Assembly (NCBI GenBank): GCA_030390025.1
Contig: JASTWF010000034.1
Location: forward strand, 4,774,001-4,838,000
DNA from: Squalus acanthias
Lineage: Eukaryota
Direction: 5' to 3'
DNA: 64,000 nt
The notes under the pieces are model-generated. The model was not told the origin of the DNA and ran no database searches. It saw nothing but the letters and a program-made list of their open reading frames with translations. The translations under genes were made by a program, and so were the position numbers. Every line of letters begins with the position of its first letter. Position 1 is the first letter of the stretch. This document shows, piece by piece, positions 1-13,140 of this stretch.

Positions 1-112
1 CTACAGCACCGCTTAGATCAAAATAGAGATCACTCAACACCGCCTCATCAAACACTCACAGGGCAGACACATCACGGTTTAGATACAGAGTAAAGCTATT
101 TCCACACAGTCC
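1..112. repeat. Degenerate units of the 67-bp satellite
   Basis: CATCAAACACTCACAGGGCAG...GTTTAGATACAGAGTAAAGC matches the unit at 1405-1680. Confidence 0.7.
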
Positions 113-942
113 TTTATGTTGATCTATTCCGTTTTGGATTTTTTATTAAAACTACCTCACACGCCGGGCCTCGGCGAGTGTGCGGGTGAGCCGACCCCTG
201 GGGGCACTGCTCTTGATCTAGGGCTCCTGGGCCTCCATTTTCCCCCCACACCCCCGAGGCCCTGCCTTCTGGAAGACTTTATCTCTGCCTGTGTCTCTGG
301 CCCAAAGCCCAGCGTTGGCGGTGAGATTTAAACCCCTATGTTTGCGTGGAGGGCTTTTTGGGTGTGGAGGGGAAGCATGGCCAGGGGAAGAAGGCCACGT
401 CTTTTCACCCCAACCCCAAACCCGGCAACAGGCTAGTTATTGTGATCAGCATCAAAATAAACAGCTTTAATTTGATGCCTTTTTTTGCCTCTTTCTCTCC
501 AACCACCAAAAATATAGCCAATATTTCAAAACTTGATATCTGTGACCAGGAAATATTTCAATGCTCACTCACCACGTGCTCTGCAATGCACACGGTTAAT
601 TTAATATTTATTTTTAAGTCGGCTGATGCCTTATTTTTTTTAAGAATTAATGCAGATTTAAACCTATGACCCAATTACACCGAACGTGTGATAATACTGG
701 ACCAATCCGCCACTTAAACGTGCGTGGATGATAACGGGTTCCTTTTTAGGGCTTTGCTAATGTCTCTTAACACAACTTCAGATTCCGAAAACCTTAAATA
801 TATATTGCCCCCGTCTTCCAAAAACAAAAACCCTCAAATTTACATTTAAATTTAAAATATGCCTGTTTGCGATTTTCCAGCGAATGCCTGTTACAAAATG
901 GCCTCTCATTCTGGTCTAGTGTATTTATGCTTGGTGCTGCAG

Positions 943-1010
943 GAATGAGTCATTGGTGTGGCCTCCAGAACTAATCGACGCTCTCAAGAGCCGACCTGTG
1001 AATGAGATTG
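943..1010 (+). CDS. Putative internal coding exon of an unidentified plus-strand gene (possible death-fold domain)
   Basis: Non-repeat island flanked by TGCTGCAG| and |GTACTT. Only one of three frames is open: NESLVWPPELIDALKSRPVNEI (phase 2 in, phase 1 out). Confidence 0.45.
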
Positions 1011-1159
1011 GTACTTTCATAGAATCTAGATATAGCCAACAAATTCGGAGCCCTATACTTAAGATATAAAAAATATCACAAAAATGTGATTTATTGTTGT
1101 TATTTTAAACAGTCAGGCTGAAATACTTCAGGGTACTTTTCAATCAAGAAAAATATATA

Positions 1160-1404
1160 GTGGGAACAGAGAGAGAGGGAGAGAGTAAAAAAGAAAGGTG
1201 GACAGGGAGAAGGAGAGAAGTAGGGATAGAGATAGCGTGTTGGCAGAAGAGAAGACGAGGGAGAGAGAGATTGAGACATGGACGGCAGCAGAGAGAGGAA
1301 ACAGCGAAAGAGAGGGACAGATGGATAGACATTGAGAAAGAGAAAGACAGAGGGAGCGAGATGTAGAGAGAGAGGGAACGAGATGTAGAGAGAGAGGGAG
1401 TGAG
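1160..1404. repeat. GA-rich low-complexity tract
   Basis: (GA)n and GAGAGG runs. Confidence 0.8.
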
Positions 1405-1680
1405 ACACTCAAACACTCCCAGGGCAGGTACAGCACGGTTTGGATACAGAGTAAAGCTCCCTCTACACTGACGCATCAAACAGTCCCAGGGCAGGTACAG
1501 CACGGGTTAGATACAGAGTAAATCTCTCTCTACACTGTCCCATCAAACACTCCCAGGGCAGTTCCAGCACGGGTTAGATACAGAGTAAATCTCCCTCTAC
1601 ACTGTTCCACCAAACACTCTCAGGGCAGGTACAGCACGGGTTAGATTCAGAGTAAAGCTCCCTCTGCACTGTCCCATGCA
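1405..1680. repeat. 67-bp tandem satellite, about 4 units
   Basis: Unit GTAAAGCTCCCTCTACACTGTCCCATCAAACACTCCCAGGGCAGGTACAGCACGGGTTAGATACAGA; period 67 (1451 to 1518). Confidence 0.92.
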
Positions 1681-1949
1681 GGTTTTTATCAAAAGAAATC
1701 ATAAAACTCTACAAATGGTGTAATGATGGATTGTAAAAGAACAAAAACCTTAAAGAGGTGATGACAGACAGCTGAAATGTTTCGATCCCAATATCAGAAG
1801 TACTGGAAATTACAAGCACAGACTGCATTACGAAGAGCACAGGTTTTATGCAGTTGAGGGACGGTCAGATGTGGATAATGGTCGAGAGATGTATTGAAAG
1901 GGCTACAAGGGATACAGGAAGGGTCGAGGAGGTCGGAAAGGCCGTGGAG

Positions 1950-3051
1950 TTTAGGGCTCATGGGACTGGGGGTAATATAGTAGCATGGTTTGAGGACACA
2001 AAACAGAGAGTAGGAATAAAAGGTTCATTTTCGGGTTGGCAGGCTGTAACTAGTGGGGTAACGCAATGATCAGTGCTTGGGCCTCAGCTCTTCACAATTT
2101 ATATCATTGATTTGGACGAGGGGACCAAATGTAATGTATCCAAGTTTGCTGATGATACAAAGCTGGGTGGGAATGCAAGTTGTGAGTGGATGCAAGGAGG
2201 CTTCAAGGGGATATAGACAGGCGATGTGAGTGGGCAAGAACAAGGCAAATTGATTATTATGTGGAGAAATGTGAAATTATCCACTTTGTTAGGAAAATAG
2301 AAAAGCAGAGTATTTTTTAACTGGTGAGAGATTGGAAAATGTTGCTGTTCAGAGGGATTTGGGTTTTCTTGTACACGGATCACTGAAAGTTAACCTGCAG
2401 GAAGAGCAAGCACTTAGGAAAACAAATGGTATGTTGGCCTTTATTACAAGAGGATTTGAGTATAAGAGTAAAGACGTCTTACTGCAATTATATAGGGCCT
2501 TGGTGAGACCACACCTGGAGTATTGTGTACAGTTTTGGTTTCCTTACCTAAAGAAGGATATACTTGTCATACAGGGAGTGCAACGAAGGTTCAGAAGACT
2601 TGTTACTGGGATGGGGGGATTGTCCTATGAGGAGAGATTGAGTAGACAAGGCCTATATTTTCTAGAGTTTTGAAGAATGAGAGGTGATCTTATTGAAACA
2701 GAGAAAATTCTTACAGGGCTTGACAGGGTAGCTGCAGGGAGGATGTTTCCTCTGACTTGGGAGTCTCGAACCAGGGGTCACAGTCTCAGAATAAGTGGTC
2801 GGCCACTTAGGACTGAGAAGAGGATGGTGAATCTTTGGAATTCGCTACCACAGAGGGCTATGCAGACTCAGTCGTTGAGTTTATTCAGAACAGAGATCGA
2901 TAGATTTTTGAATAATAAGGTATCAAGGGATATGGGGATAGTGCAGGAAAGTGGAGATGAGGTAGAAGATCAGCCATGATCTTATTGAATGGCGGAGCAA
3001 GCTCTAAGGGTCAAATGGCCTACTCAAGCTTCTATTTCTTATGTTCTTACG
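1950..3051 (+). mobile_element. 5'-truncated degenerate CR1 LINE (RT C-terminus and 3'UTR)
   Basis: [12 protein letters not shown] segment, RPHLEYCVQFW, RMRGDLIE, and CR1 3' end GGCGGAGC...TATTTCTTATGTTCTTA. Confidence 0.9.
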
Positions 3052-3250
3052 TCCTCATGAAAGAGCTAGAAGCAGAGGAGTTCGAAATTGGACCAGGTTC
3101 ACCCATACACAGCAGTACTGCGCAGCAGCCAGTAGAGGGAGCAGGTGGTGCAATACTGCACAACGGCTAGAGGAGGGAGCAGCAGCACCAGACACACTCC
3201 GATCCTGTAGAACAAACATACACGCCGGGAGGGTTTTACCTGCTGGAGTT

Positions 3251-6200
3251 AATGGCCCGAAAATTAGACTTAATACGGGAGATTACGCACAGTGTACTCT
3301 CGCGTATTAGGTCCCGAAGTGCCGGTTTCCTGCATGCACTGTGCATGCGCGGGAAACCGGCACTTCGGGTATTGTGAAGGGGGCGGTTCCTAAGTGAACT
3401 GCGGTCGTCTCCCTCCAAAACAGATATACCGTTTTGGATACTGTTGGGGGAAATGACCTACCAGGGGAAGGCACCAGCAGCCAGGTTCATGGCACCATGG
3501 CTGGCTCTGCTGCACAGCAGGGCGGGAAAAAGAGTGGTAGAGCTATAGTGATAGGGGACTCAATTGTAAGGGGAATAGACAGGAGTTTCTGTGGCCGCAA
3601 CCGAGATTCCAGGATGGTATGTTGCCTCCCTGGTGCAAGGGTCAAGGATGTCTCGGAGCGGCTGCAGAACATTCTGGAAAGGAAGGGTGAAGAGCCAGCT
3701 GTCGTGGTGCATGTAGGTACCAACGATATAGGTAGAAAGCGGGAAGAGGTCCTACAAGCAGAATTTAGGGAGCTAGGAGCTAAATTGAAAAGTAGGACCT
3801 CAAAGGTAATAATCTCTGGGTTGCTACCAGTGCCACGTGCTAATCAGAGTAGCATGAACAGGATAGCGAGATTAAATACGTGGCTTGAGCAGTGGTGCAG
3901 GAGGGAGGGATTCAAATAACTGAGGTATTGGAACCAGTTCTGGGGGAAGTGGGACCTGTACAAAAGGGACGGTCTGCACTTGGGCAGGACTGGATCCGAT
4001 GTCCTCGGGGTAATATTTGCTAAGGCAGTTCGGGAGGATTTAAAATAATATGGCAGTGGAATGGGAACCTATGTAGCGAAACAGGGGGAAGTAATATGCA
4101 GTCAGAAACAAATGTTAGAAGGGTGAGAAACAATAAGGGAAATCCGAGTAAACAAAGGCAAGAAACACAAAGGGCCATACTAAATCATAAGTCTAAAAGG
4201 ACAAAGGGTGTTAATAAAACAAGCCTAAAGGCTCTGTGTCTTAATGCAATGAGTATCCGTAATAAGGTGGATGAATTGACTGTGCAAATTGATGTTAACG
4301 GATATGATGTGATTGGGATTACAGAGACGTGGCTCCAGAACAATCAAGGCTGGGAACTGAATATCCAGGGGTATTCAACATTCAGGAAGGATAGACTAAA
4401 AGGAAAAGGGGGTGGGGTAGCATTGCTGGTTAAAAAGGAGATTAATGTAATAGCTAGGAAGGACATTAGCTTGGAGGATGCGGAATCAATATGGGTTGAG
4501 CTGCAGAACACCAAAGGGCAGAAAACGTTAGTGGGGGTTGTGTACAGACCTCCAAACAGTAGTAGTGAGGTGGGGGAGGGTATGAAACAGGAAATCAGAG
4601 GTGCATGCAAAAAAGGCGCAGCAGTTATCATGGGTGACTTTAATATGCATATAGATTGGGCTACTCAAACTGGAAGCAATACGGTGGAGGAGGATTTCCT
4701 GGAGTGTTTAAGGGATGGTTTCCTAAACCAATATATTGAGGAACCAACTAGAGGGGAGGCCATCCTGGACTGGGTGTTGTGTAATGAGGAAGGACTAATC
4801 AGCAATATTGTGGTGCGAGGCCCCTTGGGGAAGAGTGACCATAGTATGGTGGAGTTCTACATTAGGATGGAGAAGGAAACAGTTAATTCAGAGACCATGG
4901 TCCAGAACTTAAATAAGGGCAACTTTGAGGGTATGAGGCGTGAATTGGCGAGGTTAGATTGGCAAGCGATATTTAAGGGGTTATCAGTGGAAGGACAATG
5001 GCGGACATTTAGAGATCGCATGGATGAACTACAGCAATTGTACATCCCTTTCTGGCGTAAAAATAAAAAAGGGAAGGTGGCTCAACCATGGCTAACAAGG
5101 GAAATCAGGGATAGTATTAAAAGCAAGGAAGTGGCATACAAATTGGCCAGAAGTGTCAGCAAACCCAGGGACAGGGAGAACTTTAAAACTCAGCAGAGGA
5201 GGACGAAGGGTTTGATTAGGGTAGGGAAAATAAAATATGAAAGGAAGCTTGCGGAGAACATTAAAACGGACTGCAAAAGCTTCTATAAATATGTAAAAAG
5301 AATGAGGTTAGTAAAAACAAACGTAGGTCCCCTGCAGTCAGAAACAGGGGAAGTCATAATGGGGAACAAAGAAATGGCAGATCAATTGAACAAGTACTTT
5401 GGTTCGGTGTTTACTGTGGAGGACACAAACAACCTTCCGGAAATAAAAGAGATCAAAGGATCTGGTAAGAGGGAGGAGCTGAGGGAAATCCTTATCAGTC
5501 GGGAACAGGTGTGGGGAAATTGATGGGACTGAAGGCTGATAAATCCCCAGGGGCTGATGGTCTGCATCCCAGAGTACTTAAGGAGGTGGCCATGGAAATA
5601 GTGGATGCATTGACGATCATTTTCCAACATTCCTTAGACTCTGGATCAGTTCCGAAGGAGTGGAGGGTGGCTCATGTAACCCCTCTTTTTAAAAAAGGAG
5701 GGAGGGAGAAAGCAGGGAATTATAGACCGGTCAGCCTGACTTCGGTGGTGTGTAAAATGATGGAATCAATTATTAAAGATGTCATAACAGACCATTTGGA
5801 AAGTGGCGACATGATAGGTCCAAGTCAGCATGGATTTGTGAAAGGGAAATCATGCTTGACAAATCTTCTGGAAATTTTTTTGAGGATGTTTCCAATAGGG
5901 TGGACGGGGGGGGGGGAACCAGTAGATGTGGTGTATTTGGACTTTCAGAAGGCCTTCAACAAGGTCCCACACAAGAGATTGGTGTGCAAAGTTAAAGCAC
6001 ATGGGATTGGGGGTAATGTGTTGACGTGGATTGAGAACTGGTTGGCACACAGGAAACAAAGAGTAGGAGTAAATGGGTACTTTTCAGAATGGCAGGCAGT
6101 GACCAGCGGGGTACCGCAGTGTTCGATGCTGGGGCCCCAGCTGTTTACATTATATATTAATGATTTGGACGAAGGGATTAATTGTAATATCTCCAAATTT

Positions 6201-7681
6201 GCGGATGACACTAAATTGGGAGGCAGTGTGAACAATGAGGAGGATGCCAGGAGGCTACAGAGTGACTTGGACAGGTTGGGTGAATGGGCAAATGTATGGC
6301 AGATGAAGTACAATGTGGATAAATGTGAGGTTATCCACTTTGGTGGTAAAAATAGGGAGGCAGACTATTACCTGAATGGTGGCAGATTAGGGAAATGGGA
6401 GGTGCAACGAGACCTGGGCGTCATGGTACATCAGTCACTGAAGGTAGGAAGGCAAGTGCAGCAGGCAGTCAAGAAAGCAAATGGCATGATGGCCTTCATA
6501 GCAAGGGGATTTGAGTACAGGAGTAGGGAGGTGATGCTACAGTTGTACAGGCCTTGGTGAGGCCACACCTGGAGTATTGTGTGCAGTTTTGGTCTCCTAA
6601 CTTGAGGAAGGACATTCTTGCTATTGAGGGAGTGCAACGAAGGTTCACTAGATTGATTCCTGGGATGACCAGACTGACATATCAAGAAAGACTGGATCAA
6701 CTGAACTTGTATCCTCTGGAGTTCAGAAGAATGAGGGGGGATCTTATAGAGACGTTTAAAATCCTGACTGGTTTAGACAAATTAGATGCGGGCAGAATGT
6801 TTCCAATGTTAGGCAAAACTAAAACCAGGGGTCACAGTCTAAGGATAAAGGGGAAGGCATTTAAGACTGAGATGAGGAGGAACTTCTTCACCCAGAGAGT
6901 GGTGAATCTGTGGAATTCTCTACCACAGAAGGTTGTTGAGGCCAGTTCGCTAAATATATTCAAAAGGGAGTTAAATATAATACTCACAACTAGGGGGATC
7001 AAGGGGTATGGCGAGAAAGCAGGAATGGGGTATTGAGGTAGCATGTTCAGCCATGAACGCATTGAATGGTGGTGCAGGCTTGAAGGACCGAATGGTCTAC
7101 TCCTGCACCTATTTTCTATGTTTCTATGTTTCTATGAAGATTTTACACATAAAGAAAGCAGGCGTAAGACCCCCTTTTAACAAGGTAAGTAGTTAAATAA
7201 GTATTATTTTTAATTTTTTTCAACAGGTTTATCTTTTTTAGATACTTTAAAGAAAGGTAAGTTTATTTTCATAACTTTTAAAAAGAATTTAAATTTTTTC
7301 AAAAATCTAAATTTTTGTTTAAAGTGGTTAATTTATTTAACTATAGTGATTTTATTAATGTGGTGGCTTTTTTAAAATTTAATTGAGGTTTAGCTGTTCT
7401 TTTGGGGGCTTGTTGTATTCATAGTTTTGACAGCTCTTCCTGTCAAAACTATGAATTAAAGACAGTGTGCTGCCATTGGCTCTAACTGGCCCACGTGATC
7501 CCAGAGGTAGCATCGAACTAACTGCGCCTCTGGGACACGCACACACTGCGCGCCGGCACCAGGGAGAGGCCCAGGAGCAGAAGTTCGTGTGGGCCAAAAC
7601 CATAAAGGTAGGCGCGGAGTGCGATATCGCGGGGGATACTTTCCCCCGCGGCAACCATCGAAATCGAATTTCTGGGCCATT
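3251..7681. mobile_element. Non-autonomous TIR element (MITE-like), copy 1, split by the CR1 at 3410-7135 into pieces 3251-3408 and 7136-7681
   Basis: Ends AATGGCCCGAAAATT and AATTTCTGGGCCATT. Both pieces align colinearly with the intact copy at 32672-33418. Confidence 0.8.
3410..7135 (+). mobile_element. Near full-length CR1 LINE: partial ORF1 SGNH esterase and frameshifted ORF2 (APE endonuclease + RT)
   Basis: ORF1 motifs IGDSIVRG and VHVGTND. ORF2 motifs GITETW, GDFN, SDH, YRPVSLTS, YLDFQKAF, KFADDTK, split across 4096-5523, 5511-5880, 5900-6560 and 6554-7036. (TTTCTATG)n tail. Confidence 0.95.
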
Positions 7682-8769
7682 ATCGACACTTTGGACATAT
7701 CAGCTTAGAATGGAGGCATCTGTGACATGGTATTACACAGATAAACAAGTTAGTAACTTGTGTGGAAAACTAATTCAAATTACATTGTGGGCGAAGGAAC
7801 AAGTTGGAAGAAGCTCAAATTTAAAAGTGAACTATTTCGGACTGATATCAGGAGAATGATCAACACTTCCAATGGACTCCAGGCCCAGCGATGGTGGTGA
7901 AAGCCCCGGAATTATTTAGGAAACAACTGGATTGAGCAATGGGGTGAAGTCTATGGTTGTTCTGGAGGGATGAATTAAAATGTGCTGAATGGCCCAGAGC
8001 AGGAGATTTAATACAATGTTGAGAACCGGCAGCGTGTGGGAGGAAGGGGAGAAAGAGGCAAAAGAGCCACAGCTCAGATCACCTTGGAAACCACTGGCCC
8101 CGAATCTGTGTCAAATCCCCCTACTGTACTTAAACACATTTAGTGTCATATTCATACATTGATGCATTTGAGAAATATATGTGATTTAACGCTGCCTCTG
8201 GTCTAAAATAACTGCTTTATATATTTGATCCCACCCGCTGTGTTTAGGCTCTATCCTGAATCTTTAGCTCCAGTTTAGAATCAGTTTATCATCTGGAGAC
8301 AAGGTTTCAGCAGCCGGCGGGCAGGGAGCAGAGCCTGAGGCTGATCTGTGTCATGTGGGAGCAGAACACAATATTCCTGCTGTTTATTTGCGTTATCCTG
8401 CAGAATATTGGAAACTGTTCTCAACATGTTATACTCCTCTTCAATATCGGAGGGTTTAGTTTATTGTAATGATCGCTGCGACTCTTTTCAATTTAATGAA
8501 TTTGCAGCAAATTGAATATCACGAAACCAGCGAAATGGTCATTGCCGAGATTAAACACTCAGTGCAGGATCCGCGATTTGTGCATTTCAGCTGACCGCTG
8601 CACTTAAGCAGCTGCGATATCCGAATGGTAAAGGCGTTGGAGTCGAAATTTCAGAGCTTTGCCTGGGAACGTTCGAACACTGTTGCAAAACTTGTTGTAT
8701 TTGAACGTTAATAAATCTAATTTGTTAGAAAAGTTTGAAGCCTTGATTGATCTGAGCTCTGATCACCCT

Positions 8770-11700
8770 AAGAGAAACATAAGAAATAGGAGCAGGAATA
8801 GGCCACTTGGCCCCTCGAGCCTGCTCCGCCGTTCAATAATATCATGGCTGATCTTGGGCTCAAAGCCACTTCCCAGCCCGCTCCCCATAACCCTTCACTC
8901 CCTTATCTTGCAATAATGTGTCTGTCTTCACTTTAAATGTATTTAGTGACCCAGCCTCCAAAGCTCTCTTGGGCAGAGAATTGCACAGATTTACGAGCCT
9001 CTGAGAGAAGAAATTCCTCCTCATCTCAGTTCTAAATGGGCGACCTTTTATTCTGAGACTGTGCCCCCGAGTTCCAGGTTTCCCCATGAGGGGAAACATC
9101 CTCTCTGCATCTAACCTGTCGAGCCCCTCAGTATAATATATGTTTCGATAAGATCACATCTCATTCTTCTAAATTCTAATCAGTATAGGGCCAGCCTGCT
9201 CAACCTTTCCTCATAAGTCAACCCCCTCATCTCTGGATTTAACCGACTGAATCGTCTCTGAACTGCCTCCAATGCAAGTATACCCTTCCTTGCATAAGGA
9301 GACCAAAACTGTGCGCAGTACTCAAGGTGTGGTCTCACCAATACCTTGTACAGTTGTAGCAGGACTTCCCTGCTTTTATACTCCTACCCCCTTGAAATAA
9401 AGGCCAACATTCCATTTGCCTTTTTGATTACTTGCTCTAGCTGCATGCTAACTTTTTGTGTTTCATGCACAAGCACCCCCAGGTCCCTCTGAACTGTAGC
9501 ATTTTGTAAACTCTCTCCATTTAAATTATAGTTTGTTTTTTTATTTTTCCTGCCAAAGTGGATAACCTCGCACTTTCCCACATTATACTCCATCTGCCAA
9601 ATGTTTGCCCACTCACCTAGCCTGTCTATATCCCTTTGCAGATTCATTGAGTCCTCTGCACAACTTGTTTTTCCACTCATCTTTGTATCATCCGCAAACT
9701 TGGCTACATTACACTCGATCCCTTCATCCAAGTCATTAATGTAGATTGTAAATAGTTGGGGCCCCAGCACCGATCCTTGTGGCACCCCACTAGTTACCGT
9801 TTGTCAACCAGAAAATTACCTATTTATCCCGAATCTCTGCTTTTTGTTAGTTAGCCAATTCTCTATCCATGCTAATATATTACCCCCAACTCCGTGAGCT
9901 CTTATCTTTTGCAGTAACCTTTTATGTGGCACCTTATCGAATGCCTTCTGGAAATCCAAATACTGGTTCACCCTTGTCCACCCTGCTTGTTACATCCTCA
10001 AAGAACTCTAGCAACTTTGACTGCAGTATATTTTTCTAAATGCCCTGCTACTGCTTCCTTAATGAAGAACTCCAGCATTTTCCCAACGACAGATGTTAGG
10101 CTAACTGGTCTATAGATTCCTGCTTTCTGTCTCCCTACTTTCTTAAATAGCGGTGTTACATTAGCGGTTTTCCAATCCGCTGGGACCTCTCCAGAGTCCA
10201 GGGAATTTTGGGATATTGCAACCAATGCATCCAGTATCTCTGCAGCCACTTCTTTTAAGACCCTGGGATGCATGCCATCTGTCCCAGGGGACTTGTCGTC
10301 TTTCAGTCCCATTATTTTACCGAGTACTGTTTCCTTAGTGATAGTGATTGTCCTTAGTTCTCCACTCCCTTTGGCCCCTTGATTATCCATTATTGGGATG
10401 TTGTGAGTGTCTTCTAAAGTGAAGAGCGATGCAAAATATTTGTTCAGAGTCTCTGCCATTTCCCCGTTCCCCATTATTAATTCCCAAGTCTCATCCTCTA
10501 AGGGAACAACGTTTACTTTAGCTACCCTCTTCCTTTTTGTATACCTGTAGAAGCTCTTACTATCTGTTTTAATGTTTCTTGCCAGCTTACTCTCATAATT
10601 CATCTTCTCTCTATTTATTACTTTTTTAGTCATTCTTTGTTGCTTTTTAAAATTTTCCCAATCCTCTGGTCTCCCACCAATCTTGGCAACATTTTATGCC
10701 TTCGTTTTCAATTTGATGCCATCCTTTACTTCCTTAGTTTGCCACGAATGGTGCTCCCTTCTCTTAAAATCTTTCTTTATCAGTGGAATATATTTTTGTT
10801 GAGAGTTATGAAATATCTCCTTAAATGTCCGCCACTGCATTTCAACCTTCTTACCCTTTAATTTGTTTGTCCAGTCCACTTTAGCCAGTTCTGCCTTCAT
10901 GCCATTATAATTGCCTTTGTTTAAGATCAGGACACTGGTTTGTATACAACTTTCTCACCCTCCAACTGAATTTGAAATTCAACCATGCTATGATCACGCT
11001 TTCCTAGAGGATCCTTTACTATGAGATCATTTATTAATTCTGCCTCATTACATAGTACCAGATCCAAGATAGCCTGCTCCCTGGTTGGTTCCATTACATA
11101 CTGTTCTCGGAAAACATCCCGGATACACTCTATGAACTCCTCCTCCAGGCTTCCATGGCCAATTTGATTTGTCCAATCAATATGGAGATTAAAATCACCC
11201 ATGATTATTACCGGGCCATTTTTACAGGCCTCCATTATTTGTAGATTTATACTCTGTCCAACAGCATTGCCACCGTTCGGGGGCCTGTAGACTACGCCCA
11301 CCAGAGACATTTTCCCCTTAATTTTTTTATCTTCACCCAAACCGATTCTACATCTTGATCTTCTGAGCCAATATCACTTCTCACCACTGCACTAATCCCA
11401 TCGTTTACCAACAAAGCCACCCCACCTCCCTTTCCTTTCTTTCTATCCTTCCGAATTATCATATACCCTGGAATATTCAGTTCCCAGCCCTGGTCGCCTT
11501 GCAACCAAGTCTCTGCAATGGCCATCAGATCATACCCATTTGTATCTATTTGTGCCGTCAACTCATTTAACTTGTTACGAATGCTGCGTGCATTCAGATA
11601 TAGAGCTTTTAACTTTGTCTTTTCACCATTTTTCCTTGTTTTGACCTTTTTTCTGTTACACTCTTATTTTTAAACATTCTGTCCCTTCCTGTCACACTCT

Positions 11701-13140
11701 GGTTATTATTTCCCCCATCTCTAGCCTGCTCTATTGCATTCTCATTTCTCATTGACTTTTCATTTTCCCACTCACCTGGATCCTCCCACCGACTATTTAG
11801 TTTAAAGCCCTCTCTACAGCCCTAGTTATTCGATTTGCCAGGACTCTAGCCCCAGCATGGTTCAAGTGAAGCCCGTCCAAACGGAAGAGCTCCCTCTTAT
11901 CCCAGTACTGATGCCAGTGCCCCACAAATCGAAACCCATTTCTCCCACACCAGTCTTTGAGCCACTCGTTCATTTCTCTGATCTTATTTACCCTGTGCAA
12001 ATTCGCTCGTGGCTCAGGTAGTAATCCAGAGATTATTATATTTGTGGTATTACTTTATAATTTAGCCTTTAGCTGCTCATACTCTCTCAGCTAAACCTCT
12101 TTCTTTGTCCTACCTATATCATTGGTACCTTCCCCCTCCCACTCCAAGTTTCTCTCCAGCCCAGAGGAAATGTCCTTAACCCTGGCACCGGGCAGGCAAC
12201 CCAGCCTTCGGGACTCAGGCTCATGGCTGCAGAGAACAGTATCTATCCCCCTCACTATACTGTCCCCAATCATTAAAATACTTATTTTTGCTCCCCCCAC
12301 TGGAATGGCTCGCTGTACCACGGTGCTGTGGTCAGTTTGCTCATCCTCCCTGCCATCCCTGGCCTCATCCACACAGGGAGAAAGAATCTCGTACCTGTTG
12401 GACAAGGCCAAGGGCTGAGGCTCCTCCACCACTTCCTCCTGGAACCCAATACCTGCCTCGCTTGTAGTCACACCCTCCTGTCCCTGACCATGGGCCGAAT
12501 TGGAGATAATTACTCTAGTGGGTGTGACTGCCTCCTGGAACATAGTGTCCAGGTAACGCTCCCCCTCCCTGATGTGTCGCAGTGTCTGAAGCTCGGACTT
12601 CAGCTCATCAACTCTGAGCCGAAGTTCCTCGAGCAGCCAACATTTGCTGCAGATGTGGTCGCCCTGGACCTCAATGGTGTCCACGAGCTCCCACATGCAA
12701 CAACAACACATTGCCTGGTCTCCCAACTCAATTAATTAATTAGTTTTAAAATTTGGAACGCATATATCTTTTAATCTACAGCAAGGCACTTAAATTTAGA
12801 CGCTCAAGTTTGGGGAAAAAAGCGAGAAATAGAGAAATACTCACCAACCAATCACTGACCTGCTTTCTGGTGTTGTCACACTTCGATCACTTTTTACTTG
12901 TTTACACTCACCAGTCCGTTGTATCTCAGCATCTCCCGGGTTTTGAACTCTCCCGGGTTTTGGCGCTCTCGCTCTGCTCCCGCTGCTTTTGAACTCTCCC
13001 GGGTTTTGTCGCTCTCGCTCTGTTCCCGCTGCTTTTGAACTCTCCCGGGTTTTGGCGCTCTCGCTCTGATCCCGCTGCTTTGGAACTCTCCCGGGTTTTG
13101 GAGCTCTCGCTCTGTTCCCGCTGCTTTTGAACTCTCCCGT
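8770..13140 (-). mobile_element. Full-length decayed CR1 LINE with a tandem-repeat 5' end
   Basis: ORF1 at 12091-12726 (CxxC..HICSKC zinc finger, coiled coil, IGDSIVRG), ORF2 fragments 11561 to 8860, and 3' tail near 8775. Confidence 0.93.
12926..13139. repeat. 46-bp tandem repeat (about 4.5 units) at the CR1 5' end
   Basis: TTTTGAACTCTCCCGGGTTTTGGCGCTCTCGCTCTGCTCCCGCTGC at 12941, 12987, 13033 and about 13079. Confidence 0.9.

Noticed and set aside
116..890. ORFs 116-331 and 346-669
   Set aside because: No recognisable motifs; composition suggests an unclassified repeat remnant whose ends I cannot define.
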